Below the pieces are notes generated by a model, which saw only the letters and a list, made by a program, of their open reading frames with translations, did not search any database and was not told where the DNA came from. Positions 1-9,462 of a DNA stretch of 64,000 bases are shown here, piece after piece; within the stretch, counting starts at the first letter, position 1; every line of letters begins with the position of its first letter. Both the position numbers and the translations under genes were made by a program. The DNA comes from an uncultured Chlamydiae bacterium. Its GTDB lineage: Bacteria > Chlamydiota > Chlamydiia > Chlamydiales > JAJFMA01. The stretch covers positions 3,424,001 to 3,488,000 of the forward strand of contig CAVQMM010000001.1 in the NCBI GenBank assembly GCA_963713615.1, read 5' to 3'.

Positions 1-75
1 AAAGAGGTCATTCCCGGGCGCTTAGGACAAGCTCTTGCTGAAAGGATTGTCGACTACCTTCGCGGGGCATGGTAA
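1..75 (+). CDS. 3' end of a gene running in from outside the window (possibly CT548/LptE-like)
   Basis: Frame 1 reads KEVIPGRLGQALAERIVDYLRGAW* ending at TAA 73-75; directly upstream of rsbW as in Chlamydia synteny. Confidence 0.45.
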   Translation, partial: KEVIPGRLGQALAERIVDYLRGAW

Positions 76-121
76 AGTGACTAGTGAGTAGCGTTTTAAT
101 GTCAGTAGCGGATCATAGGCG

Positions 122-535
122 ATGGCCGAACAATTTACCGCTTCCATGGACCAGTTGCCCGGTATGCTTGAGTATATCCTTGCACATGCGCGTTCACAGG
201 GTTTTGATAAGGAGAGGCTTGGTCAGATTGAGCTGGCAGCTGAAGAAGCTCTTGTAAATATCATTGAACATGCCTACCCAAGTCATGAAAATGGCGTTAT
301 ACAGATCTCCTGTGCCGCCTCAGCACCCACCTCGGTTCAAATTGTCATCAAGGATCAGGGTAACCCCTTCGATCCACTAGTAAAGGGAAAGGGATTTGAT
401 CCCGAAGCTGCCGTGCGTGCCGGTGCTGAGGGTGGTTTTGGTATCTTCCTGATGACAAAGATGATGGATGAAGTAAGATACAAAAGAATAGATGGCTGCA
501 ATGTGCTGACATTGACCAAGAATGGTCCCTCGTAA
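122..535 (+). CDS. rsbW: Anti-sigma factor serine kinase RsbW (HATPase_c)
   Basis: EEALVNIIEHAY (N box), IKDQGNPFDP (G1), EGGFGIFLM (G2). Confidence 0.9.
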   Translation: MAEQFTASMDQLPGMLEYILAHARSQGFDKERLGQIELAAEEALVNIIEHAYPSHENGVIQISCAASAPTSVQIVIKDQGNPFDPLVKGKGFDPEAAVRAGAEGGFGIFLMTKMMDEVRYKRIDGCNVLTLTKNGPS

Positions 536-538
536 TCG

Positions 539-970
539 CTACGAAGCCTTCTTCAGCTGATTCAGAGCTTCCTCATTCTCCATGACATCTTGAAGTAATT
601 TCTCCAAGACACGCAGGACGAGTTTTGATGTGTTATACACACCGGTTACACAAAATGCCGTTTCTAGAACAGGTGTTTTGCCTGTATTCAATGCGATATA
701 GCTGAAGGTTTTAGAGACGTTATTGACATTCTCAGGGACGATCCAAATCACAAATTGATCATTCACCAAAGTGATTTTTTCATCCGTTTCTACAACATGA
801 AAATAGCGTGTCAGGGCATCATCCTCCGGAATGCTCTCGTCGTCAAAGTTCAGCAATCCGTAATTCTGTAATAAGGCGATCTCCACCTCAATCATCCCTT
901 CCGGTAGCCATTTGGAGATATCTTTAGTGAATTTCTTGTAGTAAGCCTCGACACGTTCTATGTTATTCAT
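539..970 (-). CDS. Conserved chlamydial hypothetical protein (CT550-like)
   Basis: 143 aa ORF convergent with rsbW; LTRYFHVVET..KITLVNDQFVIWIVP motif and rsbW-dacC synteny. Confidence 0.7.
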   Translation of the reverse strand: MNNIERVEAYYKKFTKDISKWLPEGMIEVEIALLQNYGLLNFDDESIPEDDALTRYFHVVETDEKITLVNDQFVIWIVPENVNNVSKTFSYIALNTGKTPVLETAFCVTGVYNTSKLVLRVLEKLLQDVMENEEALNQLKKAS

Positions 971-1070
971 TGGCTTTTCCTTCTTCGCGCTTGCGTGATG
1001 GCTAGTAAATGCAAATGCCGTGCCACCGTGGAGGAGGAGAGCAGGCTAGGGGAGGGAGGGAGGAGGGGAG

Positions 1071-1558
1071 TTTTTACCACAGAGGACACAGAGACGCCGA
1101 GATAGGAGAGAACGGAAAAAAGAAAATAAAGTCGAGTAATGTTTATTTGCATTTTTAACTGTTTTTGTTTAATAGTTTTCCATATGAGACGATTGCAGAA
1201 TTCCTTGGCCCTCACAATCGTGTCTCGGCGCGCAGCGCTTTGGAGTGCGCGTCGCTCGCGACCGCTTTGGATTTGGGCGAGCCTATTGAATCGCGCACCG
1301 TTCTACGGAGGCTGCCCCCCCCCAACAGTTACCCCTAGAGCGAAAGGTTACGTTTCTTGCAATGCCTAGTTCACCCAAATCCAAAGCGGTCGCGAGCGAC
1401 ACGCACTCCAAAGCGCTGCGCGCCTAATGACTCATGGACGTCTATTAAACAAAAACAAAAAATAAACAGAAAAACCAATAAAACTATTCACTTTCCCTTT
1501 CCTCTTTTTTTTCCTCTCTCTCCCTATCTCGGCGTCTCTGTGTCCTCTGTGGTAAAAA
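1071..1558. repeat. Nested composite palindrome (three concentric inverted-repeat pairs, innermost a REP doublet)
   Basis: 36-bp perfect IR 1071-1106/1523-1558; 16-bp IR 1160-1175/1442-1457; 51-bp IR with one mismatch 1227-1277/1374-1424. Confidence 0.9.
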
Positions 1559-1690
1559 TTCCTAATCCTCTCCTCCTCTCTTTTCCCTCTCACACGCCCT
1601 CCTTCTCCCCCTCTCCCTCTCTCCCCTTTAACTTTTCGGCTAGATCCTCTATGCTTACGCCTCCTCACTAATTAAAAAGAGGGACTTCGC

Positions 1691-2947
1691 GTGACTTGGA
1701 TCATCAGACTGCTGTGCTTGACGTTGTGTGGCTATGTATCTGCAGAGCAGCTGCAAGTGGCGGTCGAAGCCGAAGCAGCTATTCTTATGAATGCTGATAC
1801 AGGAGCTGTCCTCTTCGAAAAAAAATCCCGCGAGATCATGTACCCCGCAAGCGTGACTAAGATAGCCACCGCTCTTTACACCCTTGAAAAAAGTGGCGCG
1901 AAGTTGGACGCTTTAACACTGGCAGACCAGGAGTGTGTAGGGTTTATCACAGAAGCCGCTAAAAAACGTTCTAATTATTCGCTCCCACCACACTACCTAG
2001 AATTTGGCGCCACTCATGTCGTGATTCATAAAGGCGAACGCCTGCCTTTACGGGATCTATTGAACGCGATGATGATCCACTCCGCAGATGATGCCTCGAA
2101 CGTCATTGCGCAGCATGTTGGAGGCTCTATTCCACGCTTTATGCAAGATCTCAACCGTTATCTGCAGGAGCTGGGATGCAAAGACACCTATTTTAACAAT
2201 CCACACGGTCTGCATCATCCTGATCATGTGACGACAGCATTCGACATGGCGACTCTCACAGCTCAAGCATTAAAAAATCGAACTTTTCGTGAAATCGTTG
2301 CTACCACACAGTGCACGCGTCCACGAACAGAGTTTCAAGCAGCCATGACTTTAGTCCAATCCAATCGACTGCTGCGCAAGGGGGAGTACTATTATCCGAA
2401 AGCAATAGGAGTGAAGACGGGCTTTACCGGTGCTGCGCAAAACACCTTCGTGGCAGCTGCACAGAGCAATGGACGAACCCTTGTGGCGGTTCTACTCAAG
2501 ACCAAGGATCGCAAGGATATGTTCAAAGACGCGATAAAACTTTTTGAGACCGCCTTTAATCAGCCTATGCTTGAGCTGACCATTATGCCCGCCGGTGCTC
2601 TACCGTACGTGACAGATGTAAAGGGTGGTTCACGTGCCGTCCAAGCCAGTCTTTTAGAGCCTCTAACGCTGCAGTACTATCCTGCCGAAGAACCCCAAGT
2701 GAGTGCGAATCTGCAATGGCACAATTTGTCGTTGCCCATCGAAAAGGGGCAGGAGGTGGGTCAGATCGTGCTAGCAACCTCGTCGGGGCAAACGTTAAAA
2801 ACCGTACCGATATTAGCAGCCGAATCCGTATCGGGGTCGCTATTAGCCAGAACGAGTCACATGCTTGCAAACATGAGCCTTTTTGGCTGGATCTTCTGCA
2901 CCCTATTAGTTGTTGGCTTAATCGCCCTAATGCGTTGGCGTTCCTAG
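1691..2947 (+). CDS. dacC: D-alanyl-D-alanine carboxypeptidase (peptidase S11)
   Basis: PASVTK (SxxK), SADDA, NPHGL, KTG motifs; signal peptide and C-terminal TM. Confidence 0.9.
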   Translation: MTWIIRLLCLTLCGYVSAEQLQVAVEAEAAILMNADTGAVLFEKKSREIMYPASVTKIATALYTLEKSGAKLDALTLADQECVGFITEAAKKRSNYSLPPHYLEFGATHVVIHKGERLPLRDLLNAMMIHSADDASNVIAQHVGGSIPRFMQDLNRYLQELGCKDTYFNNPHGLHHPDHVTTAFDMATLTAQALKNRTFREIVATTQCTRPRTEFQAAMTLVQSNRLLRKGEYYYPKAIGVKTGFTGAAQNTFVAAAQSNGRTLVAVLLKTKDRKDMFKDAIKLFETAFNQPMLELTIMPAGALPYVTDVKGGSRAVQASLLEPLTLQYYPAEEPQVSANLQWHNLSLPIEKGQEVGQIVLATSSGQTLKTVPILAAESVSGSLLARTSHMLANMSLFGWIFCTLLVVGLIALMRWRS

Positions 2948-3771
2948 CCCTTTAAGAAGGCAAAAGATTCATCAGAAAGCACTGCTGCTACCAATGTTCT
3001 ATGACGCTCTTCTAAGGAACGGTAGTGATTGGCAAATCGCCCAAGGGACCAGCTTCTCTTGCCAAGCTTAATCTGCTTGCCATAGTCGACCTCTGCAGTA
3101 AGACTAAGGCCATGAACTTCCTTGTACACCTGATCCACCAACAGAATCGTTTTAAGCGCCGTCAGAAGCTCACATCCATTCCAAGGCTCGGCAAAATCAT
3201 GCTTACTTTGTCCTGGAAGGGTTTCTTCCACATGCATGAGTTCATGATAGGCCACGATGTGCGGGGGGAGGTAACCCCCATGTTTTTCATTGTTGTGAGA
3301 ATGACGTTCTTCGACGATTGCTTCTACGGACCAACTATTCCATTCATTCTCAATATCGTTAATGAATGTTTTGTTGGACACTAGCCCTGGGGTTCCGGAC
3401 CGAATCCAATGTACTGCATTGTTTTCCCGTATTCCATGGCGCAAGTATTTTGAGATATAACTGTCAAACAAACGCTTGCTGACCACATCGGCCTGGTCCT
3501 TCTTGTCCGGTGGAATCAAATAGATGAGTTCGGACTGGTAAATAGCTTTCTCTAGCTCTACCAGAAGGGGATCTTGCTGCCTTTCTGCTTGAATACGCGC
3601 CAACTCCTGCGCACGGGTTCCAACGACTGGGCTCTTCTTAGAATGCCTACCAGGGTACTTGTGAAAATTAAGCTCGCTTGCCAGATCTGTCTGTGTGTCA
3701 CCAAACAGGCCACTCAAGATCACAAGAGAGAAGGTGATAAAGACAAAGTTTATTAATTGTAAATTGTTCAT
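2944..3771 (-). CDS. Hypothetical exported protein with HExxH motif
   Basis: 275 aa, N-terminal hydrophobic helix, AYHELMHVEE. Confidence 0.6.
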   Translation of the reverse strand: MNNLQLINFVFITFSLVILSGLFGDTQTDLASELNFHKYPGRHSKKSPVVGTRAQELARIQAERQQDPLLVELEKAIYQSELIYLIPPDKKDQADVVSKRLFDSYISKYLRHGIRENNAVHWIRSGTPGLVSNKTFINDIENEWNSWSVEAIVEERHSHNNEKHGGYLPPHIVAYHELMHVEETLPGQSKHDFAEPWNGCELLTALKTILLVDQVYKEVHGLSLTAEVDYGKQIKLGKRSWSLGRFANHYRSLEERHRTLVAAVLSDESFAFLKG

Positions 3772-3897
3772 TAACTTATTTATTCTACTTAATTCTATTA
3801 TAAATCTAAACTAAATTTACGTTAATTATAAATATTTGATGAATATATATCAATATATTATTTCAAAAATGTGGGCGCAAAATAGAAACTTCAAGAC

Positions 3898-4725
3898 TTA
3901 CTGAAGTCGTTCAAATAGAAGAATGAGTTCTTCTAAGGAGAGCTCCTCTGGGCGAGCGAGAGGATTCAGTTCGAGATCAGTTAAGCTTTGTGTTACTGAC
4001 TCAGAAGGATATAACTCGCGTAGCGAAGCCCGCAGCATTTTACGACGGTGTTCGAAGGCTGTGCGGGTCATTTGAAAGAATTTATTGCGATCAGAGACCG
4101 CGCGAGGCGGTTTCAGCTTCAAGTGAACAACGGCAGAGTCCACCTTTGGAGCCGGAATAAAGCAGCGTCGAGATACGACGAAAGCATTGGAGCAAGCAGC
4201 GTAGAAATTTAAAAATACGGTAAGTGAACTATAGGAGGACCTTCCAGGTGGTGAAGTCATTCTTTCAGCCACCTCCTTCTGAACCATCACTGTCACCGTT
4301 TCAAACAACTCGTAGCGTGGGATCATACGCGTTAATATCGGTGTTGTGATGTGATAAGGAAGGTTGGCGATGACCTTGACGCGTTGGCCTCCAGGGAAGA
4401 GGGTAGCAACATCGACTTCTAGAATGTCATTATTAACCACTTCCAGACGATGGTCCGGAGTATCAAGCCGCATTAAGGCTTCGGCGAGAATACGATCTTT
4501 CTCGACCGCCACGACGCGAGCACCAGCTTCAAGCAGCGCCTCTGTTAAAGCACCCGGTCCGGGGCCAATTTCTAAGACAATATCCCCAGGGACGACAGCT
4601 GCAGTAGCGACAATTTTACGAATGATATTGCCATCGATGAGAAAGTTCTGCGAAAGTCCCTTTTTAGGATGAATGCCCAGGCTTTCCAGAAAATGCTGTA
4701 GCTCAGAGGGACGATACAGGGACAT
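3898..4725 (-). CDS. rsmA: 16S rRNA A1518/A1519 dimethyltransferase
   Basis: KGLSQNFL, LEIGPGPGALT, ANLPYHIT, PAPKVDSAVV. Confidence 0.95.
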   Translation of the reverse strand: MSLYRPSELQHFLESLGIHPKKGLSQNFLIDGNIIRKIVATAAVVPGDIVLEIGPGPGALTEALLEAGARVVAVEKDRILAEALMRLDTPDHRLEVVNNDILEVDVATLFPGGQRVKVIANLPYHITTPILTRMIPRYELFETVTVMVQKEVAERMTSPPGRSSYSSLTVFLNFYAACSNAFVVSRRCFIPAPKVDSAVVHLKLKPPRAVSDRNKFFQMTRTAFEHRRKMLRASLRELYPSESVTQSLTDLELNPLARPEELSLEELILLFERLQ

Positions 4726-5891
4726 TATCTGAGCACAAACGGTTCGAAATCATGCGGCACAAGCCGTAGGAGTTGTTCCTTAGTCAAGCCAGCCTGTTTA
4801 CGCATACGTTCCAGATAGGCCTGCGTCTCAACTGCAATGGCTTCGTTGACCAGTTTACTATGGATTTCGTTCTCCGCTTCGGTAAAGGGGATAATCCCAC
4901 CCAATTTCTGCTCTTTAAGGTAGAAAATGCGGTGGACTGTTTCACTCTTGTTACGGCTTTGCTGTGCGATGGGCTGACTAAAGCTATTACTTTCCAAACT
5001 CGCTAAGGTTTCTTTGTAGGCCTCAGAAGCTTCATTTTCGGTTTGTTTGAATTCCTCAGAGAAAGTCACTTTTGTCTCAGGATCAATCGCCTCAATGTTC
5101 GGGTAGTTTTTAGCCAGCTCTTCCAAAGTTGACTGTTGACTTGACAGAAGATCTCGTAAGATAGTCGCTGAGGCCAATCCCTTAACGGGATTAGCATGAC
5201 GTACGGTGATGACTTGATAGACCCATTCCGTAGGGATTCTATTTTTTTGAATATGCTCCAGATAGGCCTTCTTAACTTCGCTTGGAGTAATCCGGCGCAA
5301 TGCCTTCAGGTTGACTCGTTGCATCATCATGCGTCGAATCATCAAATCGCCCTGCAGCATTTCCCTAGCTTCCTCGTAGGTGAGTCCCACCTCATATAGA
5401 CTTGCCATGATATTTGGACCAAAAATGCTCTCTACTTCCTGACGCACTTCCCCTCGGGTCACTTCAAGCTTATTCTCTCTGGCATCGGCTAACACAAGCT
5501 CTTTGTCGATCAATTCATTGAGAATCGGACGCCAATTGACCAAATAAAATTGGTAACGCATTGAGGGTGACGTGGCATATTCAGGGAAGTGGCGGTAGAA
5601 AACGACATCCAATTTCTTCTGAACGTCGACAACGGAGATCACTTTGCCATGAACTTTCGCTAAGATGCGGTTATTTACCGCAATCGTGCGCTTTTCCTCG
5701 GAGGATCCCCCAAAAAGAGCAGGAGCTGCGTCGAGGGATTGCGCCGCACTGATGGCGATGCCTATGCAGACCGCAAGGGTCCAGAAAAACCTTTTTGGGC
5801 CTGTCAATCTATGACTCCCATGGTCGCTATGCATATCATCCATTCCTATCATTGTGCTCTTAATGAGGTGAGATAATAGCGCACACGGCAA
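4725..5891 (-). CDS. SurA-like periplasmic chaperone (CT355-like); true start probably downstream of 5891
   Basis: NRILAKVHGKVIS, LNELIDKELVLADA SurA N-terminal motif; adjacent to rsmA. Confidence 0.65.
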   Translation of the reverse strand: MPCALLSHLIKSTMIGMDDMHSDHGSHRLTGPKRFFWTLAVCIGIAISAAQSLDAAPALFGGSSEEKRTIAVNNRILAKVHGKVISVVDVQKKLDVVFYRHFPEYATSPSMRYQFYLVNWRPILNELIDKELVLADARENKLEVTRGEVRQEVESIFGPNIMASLYEVGLTYEEAREMLQGDLMIRRMMMQRVNLKALRRITPSEVKKAYLEHIQKNRIPTEWVYQVITVRHANPVKGLASATILRDLLSSQQSTLEELAKNYPNIEAIDPETKVTFSEEFKQTENEASEAYKETLASLESNSFSQPIAQQSRNKSETVHRIFYLKEQKLGGIIPFTEAENEIHSKLVNEAIAVETQAYLERMRKQAGLTKEQLLRLVPHDFEPFVLR

Positions 5892-5920
5892 ATAAGCACA
5901 ATCAGCGTAAGTGCGAGCCC

Positions 5921-6490
5921 CAGGGCGATCGCATCTTAATTTCCTTGACTAACGAGTCGAAACAGGAACTCAGCCGACATTTTCATCTTGTTCTGCATTC
6001 TTCGCACACTAAGCTTTCCTCGCGCCTGGTTGATAAGGTTTAATCCAAGTTTTCGTGCTTGTGTCATTATCTCGGGACCATTGTCCTTATATATCCTTGA
6101 AGCGTCTTCATTGAACGTGAGATCAAGAACCCAATGGAGCTTATTTTCTACTTCCCAGTGCGCTCGGATTGCTTGAGCGAGCTGTTTTGCCATCAATCGC
6201 TATGACCTCTTTGCAGGGCTTTTTCAACGTGTTTGTAAATTCTACAAAGCAATGATGAAAGGTCTTTGGATTGAGTCTAGACATTACACGCCCAAATGTA
6301 TCATGGGATGGTACACCATTAGGCAGAGGGACAACCGCTGCAAAAAGATCAAAATTAGCTTCACAATAATCGTGCATTCCCACCCATTCATCAATACCAG
6401 CCATAGCTGAACAGATGGCGATGAAGATAATGCTTATTAAGGGATGTTTTTTTGTGCGATCAATTCTGGGATCTTCAATTTGGGCGGCCA
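5921..6490 (-). pseudogene. ISAs1-family transposase remnant (N- and C-terminal parts fused out of frame; middle deleted)
   Basis: EDPR..KHPL..IIFIAIC, GVPSHDTF, IAIDGKT in one frame; IRAHWEVENKLHWVLD..FNED in another; ISAs1-type end CAGGGCGATCGCAT at 5921. Confidence 0.85.
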
Positions 6491-6502
6491 TTCCCATTCT
6501 AA

Positions 6503-6662
6503 GGCCTTGTTCACCTTTACGGTCAGAATTTCGGTCGGACGAAAAAGGTCGGATGTCGTGGTTTGTGACGAGGGCATAGCGCCAGCTATGTCCGAGGAGC
6601 AAAACGCGACAGACGATCCTTTTGCAGTCGACCGAAAACTGACCGCAAAGGTGAATAAGGCC
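6503..6662. mobile_element. 160-bp MITE with long imperfect TIRs and 8-bp target duplication
   Basis: GGCCTTGTTCACCTTTACGGTCAG...CTGACCGCAAAGGTGAATAAGGCC; CATTCTAA at 6495-6502 and 6663-6670. Confidence 0.85.
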
Positions 6663-6884
6663 CATTCTAAGATGCCGATTGGGGGGCTTGTAAGCGAGCA
6701 GGAAAGGGCGAGGACAACGATGATGTTGAGGCAGAAGTCTCATGCTACATACACCATCGATTGTCCTTAGGGAACTTTACTTTGTCCATTTATGTTCATA
6801 GTGTCCATTATGAGGTAATTGCAGAAGTCCAATTCTCCGAAGTCAATTTCCTGAAAATCGGATGCCGGTGAAGAGAGAGTCATT

Positions 6885-7430
6885 CCCTTCCCAGGCCCGA
6901 AGGGTCGATATTGCAACAGGCCATGGCATCGCCACATAGGCCTCAACCTAAGCCTAACAATCGTATCTCGGCGCGCAGCGCTTTGGAGTGCGGTCGCTTG
7001 CGACCGCTTTGGGTTCCTTGCGACGGTCGTGTGCAACGGCATCACTATAATTCCCTAAGGGTAAAATAGTTAGTACATGCAGCCTTCGACGAATCCATAC
7101 AATGCCGTTTAGCATTGCCGTCCCAAGGAACGAAAAGCGGTCGCAAGCGACCGCACTCCAAAGCGCTGCGCGCCGAGATACGATTGTGAAGTCCTAAGTC
7201 ATTGAGATATAAGCTCAAAAGACCTGTTAGGTTGAGGCCTATGTGGCATCGCCATGGTATATGCCAAAACGGTTTTAGCAGCCTGTAGGGCTGCCATAAA
7301 GCGCATGCATAAATGGTGTTTGTAAACTGGCGTCTTGTAGCAGTCCTTCAGACTGCGAAATCCCTTCCTGGCATATACCATGGCGATGCCATGGCCTGTT
7401 GCAATATCGACCCTTCGGGCCTGGGAAGGG
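6885..7430. repeat. Large palindromic element interrupted by a MITE
   Basis: Perfect 50-bp IR 6885-6934/7381-7430, continued by 7255-7266/7369-7380. Confidence 0.85.
6935..7243. mobile_element. 309-bp MITE (IS4-like CAT termini) carrying a REP doublet
   Basis: 17-bp TIR CATAGGCCTCAACCTAA; 11-bp direct repeat TGGCATCGCCA at 6924-6934 and 7244-7254; internal perfect 54-bp IR 6957-7010/7134-7187. Confidence 0.75.
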
Positions 7431-7634
7431 AGAAAAGCCTGTCTTTCCAGACTGGATAGTGCCATACCACTTAAGCTCTCTAGAATCGCCTTCTCACAAA
7501 AAAAGGTAACCTTTTTTCCCGAGAATCGATTCTCAAGGGCTCAAATAATTTTGCAATTACCTCATTATTGTCCATAAAGTCCATTTATACTCCGGCTGGA
7601 ATGGACATAAGTGGACTTCACTTTTTTCGTCCAA

Positions 7635-8834
7635 TCAGTCCATGGAATCAAGCTTGTTACTTTCGGAAATTGGCGACGCAGGCGGTTGGGGGCTCCAATG
7701 CTCCTTACGCTGCAACACAACGCCATAGAAGCCATCCATGCCACCTTCGGTAGGGTGGCTAACGAATTCCTCTCCCACAACCTCTAAATCATAGGTTTTC
7801 ACAAAATGATCGGTTTGTTGCTCATTCTCGTTCTTTAACAAACTGCATGTGGCATAGACGATTCTTCCCTGAGGCTTGAGGTAGCTCAGAGCTCGCTCAA
7901 AAATCAGACGCTGTAGGCCCTCTATTTTCTTTACCCACTCAGGATCAAAACGCCACTTCATGTCAGGATTGCGACGTAAGGTTCCCGTGCCACTGCATGG
8001 CGCATCTACCAGAACCCAGTCGCAGTTCTTCTTAAGCTTGGCGAGCTTTGGGTCACCATCGATCATCACTTGTGCATTTTGGATGCCTGCTCGGCGAAGG
8101 CGTTTCCGCGCTTCATCGAGGGCATTTTTTCGCACGTCATGCAGATAAAGTTGTCCCTTATTTTTCATCTCCGCAGCGATTGCTAGGCTTTTACCGCCGG
8201 AGCCAGCACAGAAATCCATCACGATGTCGCCTGGCTCGGCTTTCACCAGGGCCGCTACTAGCTGGCTACCCTCATCCTGCACTTCAAATAGGCCATTGCG
8301 AAACTCTGGTAACACCAGAAAATTCAGCCTTTTAGAAAAAATAAAACCATTGGGTGCAAGCTTACAGGGGGTGACTTCACAATGAGTCGCTAACTGCACC
8401 AAGAGCTGTTCACGAGTGGTCTTCAGAGTGTTGGCCCTCGCCGTCGTGGGAGCCGCTGTGTTGCTAGCCAACGCTAAACGCATAGCCCCTTCTTCACCAT
8501 AGTCACAGACCAACAATTCAAATAGATTCTTTGGAAAACTCACGCGAATATGCGCTGGTATATCGCTGCGTTCACGATAGGCCTTGGGATCAAAATCACT
8601 GTAGCATGTTACCCGCTTCTCCCACGTCGGACTTCCTTCAATCACAAAGTCAAGGAGTCCTCGCCAGCGGACCAAGCCGTAGACCGTTTCGACGATGATT
8701 TTGCGGTCTGTTGATCCCAAAGCTTTGTGCTGCCGGCAATAATCCGATAGAAAAAGGTCTAATGGGGCCTCTTGCCGTTCGTAACCTTTTAGGATTTCTA
8801 GGAGATGATACGTACGAAAAACACTAGATTTCAT
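7635..8834 (-). CDS. RsmB/NOP (Fmu/Sun) RNA m5C methyltransferase
   Basis: VQDEGSQL, DFCAGSGGKS, VDAPCSGTG, VYATCS. Confidence 0.92.
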   Translation of the reverse strand: MKSSVFRTYHLLEILKGYERQEAPLDLFLSDYCRQHKALGSTDRKIIVETVYGLVRWRGLLDFVIEGSPTWEKRVTCYSDFDPKAYRERSDIPAHIRVSFPKNLFELLVCDYGEEGAMRLALASNTAAPTTARANTLKTTREQLLVQLATHCEVTPCKLAPNGFIFSKRLNFLVLPEFRNGLFEVQDEGSQLVAALVKAEPGDIVMDFCAGSGGKSLAIAAEMKNKGQLYLHDVRKNALDEARKRLRRAGIQNAQVMIDGDPKLAKLKKNCDWVLVDAPCSGTGTLRRNPDMKWRFDPEWVKKIEGLQRLIFERALSYLKPQGRIVYATCSLLKNENEQQTDHFVKTYDLEVVGEEFVSHPTEGGMDGFYGVVLQRKEHWSPQPPASPISESNKLDSMD

Positions 8835-8906
8835 GGTGAAAATTTTACTTCATGAACGGAAAGTTGTATAAGAAAATTAAACATCGCACGGAGTGGAGGT
8901 ACCCCC

Positions 8907-9338
8907 ATGAAGAACTTTGTCATTTTACTCGCACGCCTGTTTATAAGCGCTATCTTTCTAGTCTCAGCAGTGCAGAAGGTGCTTGCTTGGGATGTCAATT
9001 CCGCTTACATGGCGTCTATGGGCATGCAGATGATACCCATCTTCCTCGCTGCAGCTACTGTAGTGGAGCTTTTCGGAGGATTATCTCTATTGGTTGGGGC
9101 AAGAGCACGTGCAGGTGCTTTAATTCTTGCTCTTTATCTTATACCAGTAACAATTCTCTTTCATAATTTCTGGGCCCTAACTGGTGAAGCGCAAAATCTT
9201 CAGCTAATCATGTTACTAAAAAATTGCGCGATTTTTGGAGGCTTACTTCTTATAGTTGCCAATGGGCCAGGAACACTCAGCGCAGATAACCGTCGTTTGC
9301 GACGTCGTGAAGCAGAAGCTGTGGAGGAAGAAAAATAA
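8907..9338 (+). CDS. DoxX-family membrane protein
   Basis: ARLFISAIF, VELFGGL.LLVG, FHNFW, KN.AIFGGLL..GPG.LS.D. Confidence 0.88.
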   Translation: MKNFVILLARLFISAIFLVSAVQKVLAWDVNSAYMASMGMQMIPIFLAAATVVELFGGLSLLVGARARAGALILALYLIPVTILFHNFWALTGEAQNLQLIMLLKNCAIFGGLLLIVANGPGTLSADNRRLRRREAEAVEEEK

Positions 9339-9462
9339 AGGCTAAGCCGCTCGATATATATATCACAAGCGGGAGCTTTCGCGTTGGTCGAAATGTGCAA
9401 AACCTACCCGCGTGTGGTATAGATTTCCACCTCTTGAACTATTGGTTCAACCCTGGTAATTT

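Noticed and set aside
967..1671. Small ORFs 967-1215, 1139-1369, 1357-1671, 1432-1668
   Set aside because: Translations of palindromic repeats; the same peptide (YLGVSVSSVVK) appears on both strands
6444..7780. Short ORFs across the 6.4-7.8 kb intergenic region
   Set aside because: Explained by MITE/REP sequence; no protein motifs
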